Source: an uncultured Polyangiales bacterium (GTDB lineage Bacteria > Myxococcota_A > Polyangia > Polyangiales > JADJMO01). From it: a DNA stretch of 64,000 nucleotides. Shown here piece by piece: positions 1-9,946 of this stretch. Made by a program: the position numbers and the translations under genes. The stretch spans positions 12,831 to 76,830 of the forward strand of contig CAZUZY010000001.1 in the NCBI GenBank assembly GCA_964624885.1. Direction: 5' to 3'. The notes under the pieces are model-generated. The model worked only from the letters and a program-made list of their open reading frames with translations, ran no database searches and was not told where the DNA came from. Within the stretch, counting starts at the first letter, position 1, and the number at the start of each line of letters is the position of its first letter.

Positions 1-8
1 TGGTGTGA

Positions 9-1553
9 TCACAGCTCGTGCGGCATCAGATCGCGCGGCGACCGGAAGGTCTGCAGCGGGCTGTAGTGGAACAGGTTCGAGACGCGCGCCGTGTAGAGGC
101 AGGCGTACTCCTCGACCTGGTCGCCGAAGCTCGAGGTCTCGACGCCCTCCTTGAGCAGCGACCCCCAGTAGGGGTGGAAGCTCTGGTCGATGCGCTGCTC
201 GAGCTCGCGGGTCTCCACCTCGATCTCGCGGAGGAGGGTGCGCACGCGCTCGACCGCCCGCTTCTCGCGCTGCCGGTCGGCCTCGTGCTCCTTGGCCAGG
301 CGCGCGGCGACCGCGCCGTCGACGGGAGGGCCCGATCGGCTGGATTTCCCGCTGGTCGGTGACAGCAGGTCGACCTGGCGCTGCGCCTCCTTGAAGCGGG
401 CCTGGTGGAAGCGCAGCTCGTCCTCGAGGCGGGCGCGGCGCTCCTCGAGCTCCTCGTGGTGCCGCAGCGCCTCGGTGCAGGCGTCGTGCGCCTCCACCTC
501 GACGTCCATCTCCTGGATGATCATCAGCGTGCGCCAGGCCGACTCCTTCTTGCTGCGCAGGATGTCGCCGTAGATGTGGTCGCCCACGTACAGCACGCGG
601 TCGCCGGTGATGGCGAGCATGCGCTCGAAGTCGTGCAGGTTGCCGCCCTCGTAGACGCGGCCGCGCTCGAGGTTCTGCGCGGGGCGCAGGTGGCTCTCGT
701 CGCGATCCTCGTGCACGCGCTCCATGAACGGGCGGTGCTCCTGGAAGAACCCCGGCTTGCCGGCGCCGACCACGATCATGTCGAAGTAGTGGCGCCAGGT
801 CGGGTACTCGGTGGTGGCGGTGCCGAGCAGGTGCCGCATGAGCGTGTCGGTGTACGCGCGACGCGAGTTGGTGAGCAGGAACAGCTTCTTGCCGGCCGAG
901 CGCAGCTTGTGGAGGGTCGGGCCCAGCATGTCGTCGCGCGCGATGTAGCGGTCGAGGTGGGTCGCGATCTCGGTCGGCACCGTGCCGTCGCGGTGGGCCT
1001 CGTCGATGGCCTCGCGGATGTCGGTGAACAGCTTGGCCTGGTCGACCTGCTGGCCGCGGGCGTCGAAGGCGTCGATGAGGCCGGCGTAGATCGCCACCTC
1101 GGAGAGCGCGTAGAGGGTGTCGACGAAGTGGTAGCGCGAGGTGGGCGCCCGGTGCTTGATCGCGTGGTAGAGCTTCTGCACCTGCTCGCGCGGGAGCGCG
1201 CGGAACCCGCGGTAGGCTTTGCCCACGGATTTGTAGCGGTCCATCTTCACGACGTGCCCGAGCTTCTTGTCGATCAAGAGGCCGCGGATCGGGTAGTGCG
1301 GATCGTAGGGCACGTTGGTCACCCACGAGGGGTACCCGCGCTCCACGAGCTTCTGCGCCGTGACCTCGATCGACAGGCGGTCCATCGCCTGCTGGTCGTA
1401 GATGGCGAGGGTGTAGTCCATGTCGAACCCCACCCACTCGATGTTCCCCATCTGGAGGTTCCGGTTCACGTACACGCGCTGCCGGCGTGGCAGGCCGACG
1501 GTGGACGGCCGGGGGGAGAGGCCCTCCAGCGGGAGGGCGAGCTGCTCGGTCAT
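9..1553 (-). CDS. HAD-IG family 5'-nucleotidase-like hydrolase with coiled-coil C-terminal tail
   Basis: Part of ORF 9..1832(-). It has HAD motif I FDMDYTLA and motif IV VLYVGDHIYGDI, typical of the cytosolic purine 5'-nucleotidase family. Start set at MTEQ (1553); the upstream ORF part is Pro/Arg/Ser-rich and runs into the divergent gene at 1597. Alternative start at 1598. Confidence 0.8.
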   Translation of the reverse strand: MTEQLALPLEGLSPRPSTVGLPRRQRVYVNRNLQMGNIEWVGFDMDYTLAIYDQQAMDRLSIEVTAQKLVERGYPSWVTNVPYDPHYPIRGLLIDKKLGHVVKMDRYKSVGKAYRGFRALPREQVQKLYHAIKHRAPTSRYHFVDTLYALSEVAIYAGLIDAFDARGQQVDQAKLFTDIREAIDEAHRDGTVPTEIATHLDRYIARDDMLGPTLHKLRSAGKKLFLLTNSRRAYTDTLMRHLLGTATTEYPTWRHYFDMIVVGAGKPGFFQEHRPFMERVHEDRDESHLRPAQNLERGRVYEGGNLHDFERMLAITGDRVLYVGDHIYGDILRSKKESAWRTLMIIQEMDVEVEAHDACTEALRHHEELEERRARLEDELRFHQARFKEAQRQVDLLSPTSGKSSRSGPPVDGAVAARLAKEHEADRQREKRAVERVRTLLREIEVETRELEQRIDQSFHPYWGSLLKEGVETSSFGDQVEEYACLYTARVSNLFHYSPLQTFRSPRDLMPHEL

Positions 1554-1596
1554 GGAACCCGCGAGGAGGGTAGCACCGCCGTGATACAACTGGGCC

Positions 1597-2283
1597 ATGG
1601 CCCGTCGCATTCTGCCGCTCCTCCTCCCGGTGGCCTTGGTCCTCCCGCTCGCCCTGCCGCTCGCCTGCGGCTCCAGCAACCCACCGCCGAGCACCGGTGG
1701 CGCGGCCAAGTCGAGCGAGCCGGCGGGCGCCGACAGCGGCGACCCGGTCAAGGGGGTCATCGTCGGCGACTCCACCGAGGTCTGGTACGAGGAGCCCTCG
1801 GGGGCCGGCGGCGCGGGCACCAAGAACCGCACCTACACCCTCGACGTCACCAAGAAGACCGAGTGGAAGGTGGAGAGCACCAAGGCGCTCCCGCCCGACC
1901 AGGTGTTCAAGGTGCGGGTCGGCTTCCCGGTGCCCAAGGTGAGCCCGGCCGAGGCGCGCGACGTCCACGTGATCAACCGCACCTTCTGGGAGGTCCGGAA
2001 GGAGATCGCCAAGTGCTACTACAAGGGCCCTGGCAAGGAGGCCGGCCCCGAGCGCACGATGATCGCGTTCCTGAACGTGAACAAGAAGGGCGAGGTCACC
2101 GCCGCGGGCGTCGAGGCCGCCGACGAGGCGCTCAAGAAGTCCGGCGTCACCGAGTGCATCCTCGAGAACATCAAGGGCCTGCCGTTCCCGGCCGCCGGCG
2201 ACGACACCAAGATCCGCTTCAAGCTCAAGCTGCAGACCGAGGACGGCGGCACCGCGCCGGCGGGTGCGTCGTCCAAGAGCTGA
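1597..2283 (+). CDS. Lipoprotein, possible AgmX/PglI-type (TonB_C-like) C-terminal domain
   Basis: Signal peptide with lipobox LPLACGSS. The C-terminal ~100 aa with two Cys (KCYYKG...VTECILENIKGLPFP) resembles the myxobacterial AgmX/PglI tail domain; that assignment is tentative. Strong GC3 coding bias. Confidence 0.7.
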   Translation: MARRILPLLLPVALVLPLALPLACGSSNPPPSTGGAAKSSEPAGADSGDPVKGVIVGDSTEVWYEEPSGAGGAGTKNRTYTLDVTKKTEWKVESTKALPPDQVFKVRVGFPVPKVSPAEARDVHVINRTFWEVRKEIAKCYYKGPGKEAGPERTMIAFLNVNKKGEVTAAGVEAADEALKKSGVTECILENIKGLPFPAAGDDTKIRFKLKLQTEDGGTAPAGASSKS

Positions 2284-2290
2284 GACCGGG

Positions 2291-3868
2291 ATGCGGGCGC
2301 TCTTGCGAGGACTCGCGCTGGTCCTCTTCTCTCTGTTCGTGGTGCTGCCCGCGTGGGCCGGCCCCCAAGACGGCCTGCCCAAGGCGCCGGCCTATCTGGA
2401 CCGAACGACGCCGCGACGCACCTACGAGGGCTTCGTCGCCGCGGCGCGCAGCGGCAACTACGCGCTCGCCGCGCACTTCCTCCACCTCGGCGGCGTGCCG
2501 CGCGCGGAGCAGGCCGCGCAGGGCGCCGTGCTCGCGCAGCAGCTCGCCTACGTCCTCGAACGCAAGCTCGCCTACGACCCGGGCGCCGTGAGCGACGCGC
2601 CCGACGGCGGCGTGTCCCCCCAGCTGAGCCTCGTCACGCTCGGGTTCGTGCCCCTGCACGACGAGCCGATCGCGGTGACCGTCGCCAAGGTGCGCTACGA
2701 CGACGGCAACGTCCGGTGGCTGATTTCCCGGCAGACCGTGACCCTCGTGCCCCAGCTCTGGGCGCTGCACGGGGCCAAGGGGTTCGAGGACAAGCTGCCC
2801 CGCGTGCTCGTCGTCACCCGGGTGCTCGGGGTCGAGGCCTGGCAGTGGCTCGCGCTGTTCGCCGCGCTCCTCGCGGCGTGGATCGCCGGGTACCTGCTCG
2901 GCACCGGCCTGCACTTCGTGGTCAAGCGGGTGGTCCGCTGGACGACAAGCCCGTGGGACGACCAGCTCGCCGACGCTGCGCGTGGCCCCGTCCGCCTCAT
3001 CCTCGCCCTCCTGGTGCTCTCCTGGCTCGACGACTCGCTGCACTTCACGCCCGCGATGCAGCGCATGGTCGATCGCATCACCTTCCCCGTGCTGGTGATC
3101 GGCCTCGCGTGGCTGCTCTCGGCCATGGTGTCGGTGGCGGTCGCCTGGGTGCGCAGCCGCCTGCCCTCGGAGGGGGCGGCGCTCGAGGCGCGCGGCGTGC
3201 TCACCCAGCTCGCGGTGATGGAGCGGGTGGGCAACGTGATCATCGTGGTGGTCGCCGCGGCCATCGTGCTCATGCAGTTCCAGCTCGTGCGCAGCGTCGG
3301 GCTCTCGCTGCTCGCCTCGGCCGGCTTGCTCGGCGTGGTGTTCGGCTTCGCCGCGCAGAAGTCGCTCGCCGGCGTGGTGGCCGGCATCCAGCTCTCGATC
3401 ACCCAGCCGATCCGCATCGGCGACACGATCGTGATCGAGGGCGAGACCGGCGAGATCGAGCTCATCAACCTCACCTACGTGGTCGTGAAGTGCTGGGACG
3501 AGCGGCGGCTCATCGTGCCGATCTCGCGGTTCCTCGAGACGCCGTTCCAGAACTGGACCCGCCTCGGCCACGAGCTGAGCGGGCCGGTGTTCTTCGCGGT
3601 CGACTTCACCACGCCGGTGGCCAAGGTGCGCGCCGAGCTCGCGCGGCTCTGCGAGGAGGACGACCGCTGGGACGGTCGCACCTGCTCGCTGCTGGTGACC
3701 GAGGCCTCGGAGAAGGGCATCGTGCTGCGCGCCACCGTCAGCGCCAAGAACGCCGACGAGGCCTTCGCGCTCCGCTGCGCGATCCGCGAGCGGATGATGA
3801 CGTTCCTCGCCGAGCTCGAGGGCGGGCGCTACCTGGCGCAGGTGCGGAGTCGCTCGCTGAGCGTCTAG
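2291..3868 (+). CDS. Mechanosensitive ion channel (MscS family) with N-terminal signal and extra TM helices
   Basis: MscS core [52 protein letters not shown]. Start moved to the ATG at 2291 ([13 protein letters not shown]...), just after the upstream stop at 2283. Confidence 0.88.
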   Translation: MRALLRGLALVLFSLFVVLPAWAGPQDGLPKAPAYLDRTTPRRTYEGFVAAARSGNYALAAHFLHLGGVPRAEQAAQGAVLAQQLAYVLERKLAYDPGAVSDAPDGGVSPQLSLVTLGFVPLHDEPIAVTVAKVRYDDGNVRWLISRQTVTLVPQLWALHGAKGFEDKLPRVLVVTRVLGVEAWQWLALFAALLAAWIAGYLLGTGLHFVVKRVVRWTTSPWDDQLADAARGPVRLILALLVLSWLDDSLHFTPAMQRMVDRITFPVLVIGLAWLLSAMVSVAVAWVRSRLPSEGAALEARGVLTQLAVMERVGNVIIVVVAAAIVLMQFQLVRSVGLSLLASAGLLGVVFGFAAQKSLAGVVAGIQLSITQPIRIGDTIVIEGETGEIELINLTYVVVKCWDERRLIVPISRFLETPFQNWTRLGHELSGPVFFAVDFTTPVAKVRAELARLCEEDDRWDGRTCSLLVTEASEKGIVLRATVSAKNADEAFALRCAIRERMMTFLAELEGGRYLAQVRSRSLSV

Positions 3869-5871
3869 AGCAGGGCCGCGAGCTCCGCCGCCGTGGTGAC
3901 CGGCGCGCTGCACAGGCGGCCGTGGCAGACGTACGCGCGCGGCGCGTCTCCCGCGGGCTTTTCGGCCGCGACGGCGGGCGGGGGGTCCTTCGGGTCGTGC
4001 ACCACCAGCATGCGCCGCGGGATCCAGCGCCGGTGCACCGCCTCCACCAGCGCGCGCGTGCGCGGGTCGTCGACCGCCCCCACCACCACGATCGTCGTGC
4101 TCCCCTGGATCAGCCGGTCCAGCGCGAGCGCCGTGGCCGAGAGGCCGAGCGGGTTCTCGATCGCGGCGCCCACGAGCGGCTTCAGCGTGCCGAGCGCGAG
4201 GGTCTCGAGGCGCGGGTCCTCGTCGGCCGCGTAGAGCCGGAGCATCGCGCGCGCGAGCTCGGCCTGCGCCGAGGGGATGGCCTGGTCCCACGGGTCCTTC
4301 GGGCGGTGCACGAGCGCCTCGCCGTCGGTGGCGGTGAAGAAGAAGCCGCCCGCCTCGTCGGCGAAGAGCGCGATGGCGGCGTGCACGAGCTCCCGCGCGC
4401 GCCAGAGGTGGCGCGGGTCGTGCCGCAGCTCGTAGAGATCGAGCGCCGCGTTGGCGAGGTACGCGTGGTCGTCCAGGAAGCCGGGGATCCCCTCGGCGCG
4501 CAGCAGACGGTCGGTGGACGCGTGGCGGTGCACGATCGCGTCGTACGCGCGGGTGGCCTGGTCGGCGAACGTGTCGTCCCCGGTCGCCATCGCGAGCTCG
4601 ACGAGCCCCGAGATCATGAGCGCGTTCCACGCGGTGAGCACCTTCTCGTCGCGGAACGGCCGCGGTCGCTTCGCGCGGAACGCGAGGAGGCGGGCCTGGA
4701 TGGCAGGAATGGCAGCAAGCTCGTCGGCGCCGAGCTCTTCCGGGTGGAACGCCAGCACCGACCGGCCGGGCACCTCGTAGTGCGGGTCCTCGAAGTTGCC
4801 GTGCTCGGTCACCCCGTAGAGGCGGGCCGCGATCGCCACCTGCTCCGGCGCGAGCGCGGCGCGGAGATCGGCCTCCGTGAACACGAAGAACGCGCCCTCC
4901 GCCGGGTGCGCGTCGGGGGCCTCGAGCGGCACGCTGTCCGCGTCCTCGGTGGCGTAGAACGCGCCGTCGGGCGCCGTCATCTCGGCGGAGAGCCAGCCCA
5001 CCACCTCGCGCGCGACGGCGAGGAACCGCGGCTCTCCGCGGCCCACGTCGGCGAGCAGCCGCACGAGGAGCGCGTTGTCGTAGAGCATCTTCTCGAAGTG
5101 CGGCACGAGCCAGCGCTCGTCGGTCGAGTAGCGGTGGAAGCCGCCCCCGAGCTGGTCGAACACGCCGCCGGCCCGCATGCGGTCGAGGGTGAGCTCCACG
5201 TGGTCGCGCGCCCCGCCGTGCAGCAGCAGATCGAGCGCCATGGTGTTGGGGAACTTGGGCTTGTGGCCGAACCCGCCGTGCACGCGGTCGACGCGTCGGA
5301 GGGCGGAAGCGGTCGCGCGGGCGACCAGCGTGGGATCGAGCGCCTCGGGCTTGCGCGACTCCACCGACGCGGCGCTGCCGATGGCCTCGGTGATCTCCTT
5401 GGCCTGCTCGTCGAGCTCGGCGCGGCGCTCGCGGAACGCCTCGAACACCGCCGCGAGGATCTTCGGGAAGCCCGGCATCCCGTAGCGGTCCTCGGGCGGG
5501 AAATACGTGCCGACGAAGAACGGCTTCTGGTCCGGCGTGAGGAACGCGGTGAGCGGCCAGCCGCCGTTCCGCCCCATGAGCTGCACCGCGAGCTGGTAGA
5601 TCTGGTCGAGGTCGGGCCGCTCCTCGCGGTCGACCTTGATGTTCACGAAGTCGCGGTTCATCTGCGCGGCGACCGCCGGATCGTCGAACGACTCGTGGGC
5701 CATCACGTGACACCAGTGGCACGCCGAGTAGCCGATGGAGAGCAGGATCGGGCGGTCCTCGCGGCGGGCGCGGGAGAGCGCCTCCTCGCCCCACTCGTAC
5801 CAGTCGACGGGGTTGTCCTCGTGCTGGCGGAGATAGGGGGAGCGCGCAGCCGCGAGGCGGTTCTTGGGCAT
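3865..5871 (-). CDS. Thioredoxin-domain protein (DUF255 / YyaL-type, N-acylglucosamine 2-epimerase-like C-terminal barrel)
   Basis: N-terminus [22 protein letters not shown]...[20 protein letters not shown] is the hallmark of the DUF255 thioredoxin-like family. 668 aa full-length ORF. Confidence 0.9.
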   Translation of the reverse strand: MPKNRLAAARSPYLRQHEDNPVDWYEWGEEALSRARREDRPILLSIGYSACHWCHVMAHESFDDPAVAAQMNRDFVNIKVDREERPDLDQIYQLAVQLMGRNGGWPLTAFLTPDQKPFFVGTYFPPEDRYGMPGFPKILAAVFEAFRERRAELDEQAKEITEAIGSAASVESRKPEALDPTLVARATASALRRVDRVHGGFGHKPKFPNTMALDLLLHGGARDHVELTLDRMRAGGVFDQLGGGFHRYSTDERWLVPHFEKMLYDNALLVRLLADVGRGEPRFLAVAREVVGWLSAEMTAPDGAFYATEDADSVPLEAPDAHPAEGAFFVFTEADLRAALAPEQVAIAARLYGVTEHGNFEDPHYEVPGRSVLAFHPEELGADELAAIPAIQARLLAFRAKRPRPFRDEKVLTAWNALMISGLVELAMATGDDTFADQATRAYDAIVHRHASTDRLLRAEGIPGFLDDHAYLANAALDLYELRHDPRHLWRARELVHAAIALFADEAGGFFFTATDGEALVHRPKDPWDQAIPSAQAELARAMLRLYAADEDPRLETLALGTLKPLVGAAIENPLGLSATALALDRLIQGSTTIVVVGAVDDPRTRALVEAVHRRWIPRRMLVVHDPKDPPPAVAAEKPAGDAPRAYVCHGRLCSAPVTTAAELAALL

Positions 5872-5898
5872 CGGGCGCTAGGATGCGAGACTCGGCCG

Positions 5899-6447
5899 GT
5901 GAGGTACAGCGTCCGGGCCATCACGAGCGACGAGATCGAGGGATTCCTCCGGCTCGCCATCGACATCCGTCTGCAGAGCGGGCTCCGTGGCAGCCCGATC
6001 TACGCGCCGTTCTCCAGCGACGAGCCGCCGCGAGGCCCTTCGCAGGAGCGTATCGCCGAGCTCCGCGAGCGCCTCGCGCTGCCGACGCGCGAGGGCCACT
6101 GGTTCCGGGGCTACCTCCTCGTGCACGACAAGACCCCCGTCGGCGAGCTCACGGTGAACGGCGGGCGGCTGCACTCCGAGCGGCACCGCGGGACCATCGG
6201 CATGGGCATCCTCGACGGCCATCGCGGCAAGGGGCTCGGCGAGCTCATGCTCTCGACCGCGATCGCCTGGGCCCACGCCGATCCGAACGTCGAGTGGCTC
6301 GACCTCGGCGTGTTCGGCGGCAACGACCGCGCGCTGCGGCTCTACACGAGGCTCGGGTTCGTCGAGACGGGCCGCGTCGTGGACCGGTTCCGCGTGGACG
6401 GCCGCAAGATCACCGACATCCAGATGGCGCTCCGCCTGCGCGGTTGA
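5899..6447 (+). CDS. GNAT family N-acetyltransferase
   Basis: Tail of track ORF 2353..6447. GTG start at 5899 (VRYSVRAITSDEIEG). Acetyl-CoA motif HRGKGLGELMLSTAIAWA and LRLYTRLGFVETG. Confidence 0.85.
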   Translation: MRYSVRAITSDEIEGFLRLAIDIRLQSGLRGSPIYAPFSSDEPPRGPSQERIAELRERLALPTREGHWFRGYLLVHDKTPVGELTVNGGRLHSERHRGTIGMGILDGHRGKGLGELMLSTAIAWAHADPNVEWLDLGVFGGNDRALRLYTRLGFVETGRVVDRFRVDGRKITDIQMALRLRG

Positions 6448-6479
6448 CGGCGGGGTGCGGCTGCCGACATGTTCGACGC

Positions 6480-7208
6480 ATGTGGCTCCCCGCCATCGTC
6501 TCCGCCGTGCACCTCACCTGCCTCGCGCTCGGCACCGCGGTGCTCTTGCTGCGCGCGCGGAGCCTCGCGGGCCCGCTGGTCGTCGAGGCCGACTTCAAGC
6601 GGGTGCTCGCGCTCGACAACGCCTCCGGGATCATCGCCCTCCTGTGGATGGGCTCCGGGTTCTACCGGGCGTTCAGCACGCTCGAGAAGGGCAGCGCGTT
6701 CTACACGAGCAGCCCGCTCTTCTGGGTGAAGATGGGCCTGCTCGGCGTCGGGTGGTGCTTCGAGATGCCGACGATGCTGACGCTGCTGCGCTGGCGCAAG
6801 GAGCTCGCGACCGAGTCGCTGCCCGACACCAAGGGCGTCGAGCGGCTGCGGCGCCTGCACCACTTCGAGCTGCTCGCGATGGTGGGCGTGGTGTTCGCGG
6901 CGAGCCTCATGGCCCGCGGCATCGGCCGCGCGGCGCCCCCTGGCGCGCCCGAGGTGCGCACCGGCGCCAAGATCTACGCGCAGCACTGCGCCACGTGTCA
7001 CCAGCCCGACGGGCGCGGCATGAACGGCAAGCTCGCCGCCGACTTCGTGGGCGACAAGACCCGCCTCGCGAAGCCCGACACCGTCCTCCTGAACAGCATC
7101 GAGAACGGCGTGCCGAACACCGCGATGATGGCCTTCTCGAGCCAGCTGAACGACGCCGAGCGCAAGCTGGTCCTGGCCTACGTGCGCGAGGCGTTCGCCG
7201 GGAAGTGA
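6480..7208 (+). CDS. Membrane protein (4 TM helices, DUF2214-like) fused to a C-terminal c-type cytochrome domain
   Basis: In-frame ATG at 6480 within track ORF 5883..7208. Four hydrophobic helices are followed by GAKIYAQHCATCHQPDGRG...NTAMMAF (CxxCH haem site plus distal Met). Confidence 0.75.
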   Translation: MWLPAIVSAVHLTCLALGTAVLLLRARSLAGPLVVEADFKRVLALDNASGIIALLWMGSGFYRAFSTLEKGSAFYTSSPLFWVKMGLLGVGWCFEMPTMLTLLRWRKELATESLPDTKGVERLRRLHHFELLAMVGVVFAASLMARGIGRAAPPGAPEVRTGAKIYAQHCATCHQPDGRGMNGKLAADFVGDKTRLAKPDTVLLNSIENGVPNTAMMAFSSQLNDAERKLVLAYVREAFAGK

Positions 7209-7209
7209 G

Positions 7210-8349
7210 TCAGGGCGCCACGCGATCGCGCAGCGCGAGCATCGGCTTCTCCACCACCAGGTGGAGCACGTAGGCCACCGCGAGCGACACCGCGACGAGC
7301 AGGCCGAGCGAAGCCCACCACGTGGGGACGAGCGACCAGCGCTGGCGGATCAGCAGGCGCGCGGCGACGGGGGTCACCACCCAGACCATCAGCGGGATGT
7401 GCACGAGGTAGACGCCGTACCCGAGGGTCGCCGCCCAGAGGAACGGCCTCTTGCCGAGGAACCGCGAGAGCGCGCCCTCGTGGAACAGCAGCAGGAGCAC
7501 GAGCGACACCCACATCACGCTCGTCACCGTGCCCCAGGCGAGCGCGCTCCAGATCCGCACGTCGGGCCGGAGGGCGGCGGGAAGCAGGAGATAGGAGAGG
7601 CACAGGGCCACGACCGCCCACGCGCCGACCCGCACCGCGCGACGCGCGAAGAGGGCGCGCAGCGCCGCGTCGTGGTGGTGACAGAGGTGCGCGAGGACCA
7701 GGCCCGCGACCAGCGTGTCGAACCGGGTGTGGGTCGGGACGTAGAGCGAGGTCGCGAGGGAGTACGCCGTGAACGGGCCGTGGAGCGCGATGACGAGCAA
7801 GCGGCTCCCGAGCCCGAGCGACCAGAGCCCGAGCAGCGCGAACAGCTGCGTGCGCGCGCTCCGCAGGCGCAAGAGGCCGAACACGAGGAACGGCACCAGC
7901 AGGTAGAAGTGCTCCTCGACGCACAGCGACCACCCCCACGACATCATCACCTCACGTGGGCGATCCATGTAGTTGGTGAGGTAGAAGTACTCGCCGAGCA
8001 GCGAGGTGGTCGACCACGTGCGCCGCTCGGCGCGCAGCACGAGCGCGGTGAGCACGAAGTAGTAGAGCGGGAACGTGCGGAACGCGCGGCGGAGCCAGAA
8101 CCGGCCCATCCCCGTGCCGCCCTGGTGGAGCAGCATGCTGCCGATGAGGAACCCGGAGAGGACGAAGAACAGGTCCATCCCGAACCACACCGACTGCGAG
8201 AGCGCGGCGAGGTCACCGTTGGGCATCAGCTTGAAGCCGTGCAGGGTCACCGTGACGTGCACCTGGAGCACCGACACGATGGCGACGAACCGCAGGCCGT
8301 GCAGGGCGGGGTAGCGGTTCTGGAGCAGGCTCAGGCCGAGGAAGCGCAA
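7210..8349 (-). CDS. Acyltransferase family 3 (OafA/YrhL-like) integral membrane protein
   Basis: 379 aa with about 10 TM helices. N-terminal NRYPALHGLRFVAIVSVLQVH is typical of acyltransferase_3. Confidence 0.85.
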   Translation of the reverse strand: MRFLGLSLLQNRYPALHGLRFVAIVSVLQVHVTVTLHGFKLMPNGDLAALSQSVWFGMDLFFVLSGFLIGSMLLHQGGTGMGRFWLRRAFRTFPLYYFVLTALVLRAERRTWSTTSLLGEYFYLTNYMDRPREVMMSWGWSLCVEEHFYLLVPFLVFGLLRLRSARTQLFALLGLWSLGLGSRLLVIALHGPFTAYSLATSLYVPTHTRFDTLVAGLVLAHLCHHHDAALRALFARRAVRVGAWAVVALCLSYLLLPAALRPDVRIWSALAWGTVTSVMWVSLVLLLLFHEGALSRFLGKRPFLWAATLGYGVYLVHIPLMVWVVTPVAARLLIRQRWSLVPTWWASLGLLVAVSLAVAYVLHLVVEKPMLALRDRVAP

Positions 8350-8428
8350 CGGCCCGGCAGCGTAGTCGAGGAACGCGCGGTGTGCTGAAAAGTGGGCCGA
8401 ACGCGGGTGCCCGGGCCACGATCGTGCC

Positions 8429-9931
8429 GTGGACTCGGAGACCGCCCAGGAGCCCCTCGTCGATCACCGGCCGCCCGCGAGCCCGAACGGCGAGGTGCGG
8501 CTGCTGCCCCTCGAGGAGCGTCTGCGCCTCCGGGGGGCGCTCGAGGCGGCGCGGCTCCTCGTGGTGGTGCTCGACGACCTCGGCCCTGGCGCACGGGGCC
8601 GGCTCGGCGAGCGGATCGACGACGCGATCGAGACCGCGCTGCGCGACCGCGGCGGCGCCCCCCCGGGGATCGCGACGGCGTGCGACGCCGACGGCTCGCT
8701 CTCCGACCAGCTGTACCGCCTGCGCCAGATCGGCAAGGTCGGCCTCGCGCTCGACGTCGGCTCGCTGTTCGGCCTGACCGACGCGCGCGGCGCGCTCGAG
8801 CCCGACGACGGCGCGACGCTGCGCTTCTTCGCGGAGACGACGCGCGAGCGGCCGCTCGTGCTCCTCCTCGACACCGACAACGCGGCGGTGCGCGTGTACG
8901 GCGCGCCCACGCCGCTCGCCGAGGCGCTCCCCCTCACCCGCCCGCTGCGGGTGCCCGTGAAGGAGACCAAGGTCGAGCCGACGCCGACGCCGACGCCCGC
9001 GCGACCGGAGCCCCGCCCCCCCACCCCACGCGTCTACGTCTCGGTCGCCCGCACCGACGAGGACACCGCCGCGCTGCACCGGGCGATCACCCTGCTCGAC
9101 GAGGTGGGCCGCTCGACCCCGCTCGCCGGTCTCGAGCGCGCGTTCGTCGACGGCTACGCGCCGCTCCGGGCGGCGATGATGGACGACCGGCTCGCGGCGG
9201 TCCCCATCACGCGCGACAAGGCGCGGGTGCTCTGCGCGCAGTTCGCGCAGACCTTCGCACGCGCGTACGCCGAGGCGCTGCCCACGTTCGCCGTGACCGG
9301 GCGCCACCCGCGCATGGTGTTCGAGCTGTTCGACCTCGCCCACCGCTCGGCGCGCGTGCACGGCGCGCGCGCGGTGCAGGTGGTGCTGGTCGACGCGCTC
9401 CGCTGGGACCTCGGCAAGCGGCTGCACGCCCGCCTCGCGCAGGTCCTCGCGCGCCACGCGGTGTGCGTGGACGAGCAGCCGATGTGGTCGGTGCTCCCGA
9501 CCACCACCGCGATCCAGCTCGACGCGCTGGTGCGCGGAGACGATGCCCTGCGGGCCCCCGCGCGACCGGAGCGCGAGACCGCGATCGTGCGCGGCCGCTC
9601 GCTCGACGTGCTGCGGCGCACCCGGCTCGGCCACCGTGACCTGCTCAAGCTCGACCTGCTCGAGGGCCGCCTGCGCGACCCCGGCGCCTCGGAGGCCACC
9701 CGGCTCGAGGGGCTCGCGGACGAGCTCACCCCCATCGTGGAGCGGCTCGTGCACTCGACGCCGACCCGCACCCTCGTGGTGATCGCCGGCGACCACGGGT
9801 TCACGTTCGGCGAAGGCCCCGGCGACCTGCCCGATCCGCGCCGCGAGACGCCGCCCGCCCACCAGGGTGGCGCCTCGCCGGACGAAGTCTTCGTCCCGTT
9901 CCAGGCCTGGCTGGTCGGCGGCGTGCATTAG
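8429..9931 (+). CDS. PglZ-like (alkaline-phosphatase superfamily) domain protein with uncharacterised N-terminal region
   Basis: GTG start. The C-terminal ~185 aa carries VVLVDALRWDLG, SVLPTTTAIQLDAL, VVIAGDHGF and HQGGASPDEVFVPF, the motif series of PglZ domains. The N-terminal ~310 aa plus a TPTPTP linker match nothing I recognise. Confidence 0.65.
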   Translation: MDSETAQEPLVDHRPPASPNGEVRLLPLEERLRLRGALEAARLLVVVLDDLGPGARGRLGERIDDAIETALRDRGGAPPGIATACDADGSLSDQLYRLRQIGKVGLALDVGSLFGLTDARGALEPDDGATLRFFAETTRERPLVLLLDTDNAAVRVYGAPTPLAEALPLTRPLRVPVKETKVEPTPTPTPARPEPRPPTPRVYVSVARTDEDTAALHRAITLLDEVGRSTPLAGLERAFVDGYAPLRAAMMDDRLAAVPITRDKARVLCAQFAQTFARAYAEALPTFAVTGRHPRMVFELFDLAHRSARVHGARAVQVVLVDALRWDLGKRLHARLAQVLARHAVCVDEQPMWSVLPTTTAIQLDALVRGDDALRAPARPERETAIVRGRSLDVLRRTRLGHRDLLKLDLLEGRLRDPGASEATRLEGLADELTPIVERLVHSTPTRTLVVIAGDHGFTFGEGPGDLPDPRRETPPAHQGGASPDEVFVPFQAWLVGGVH

Positions 9932-9946
9932 CGGCACCATGGCCGC

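Noticed and set aside
2225-6447. Very long track ORFs 2225..5794(-) (1189 aa) and 2353..6447(+) (1364 aa)
   Set aside because: They have Arg/Ala/Gly/Pro-rich composition and no motifs. They lie antisense or out of frame to clearly homologous genes (MscS, DUF255). They are typical stop-codon-poor shadow frames of a high-GC genome. Only the last 182 codons of 2353..6447 (the GNAT) are real.
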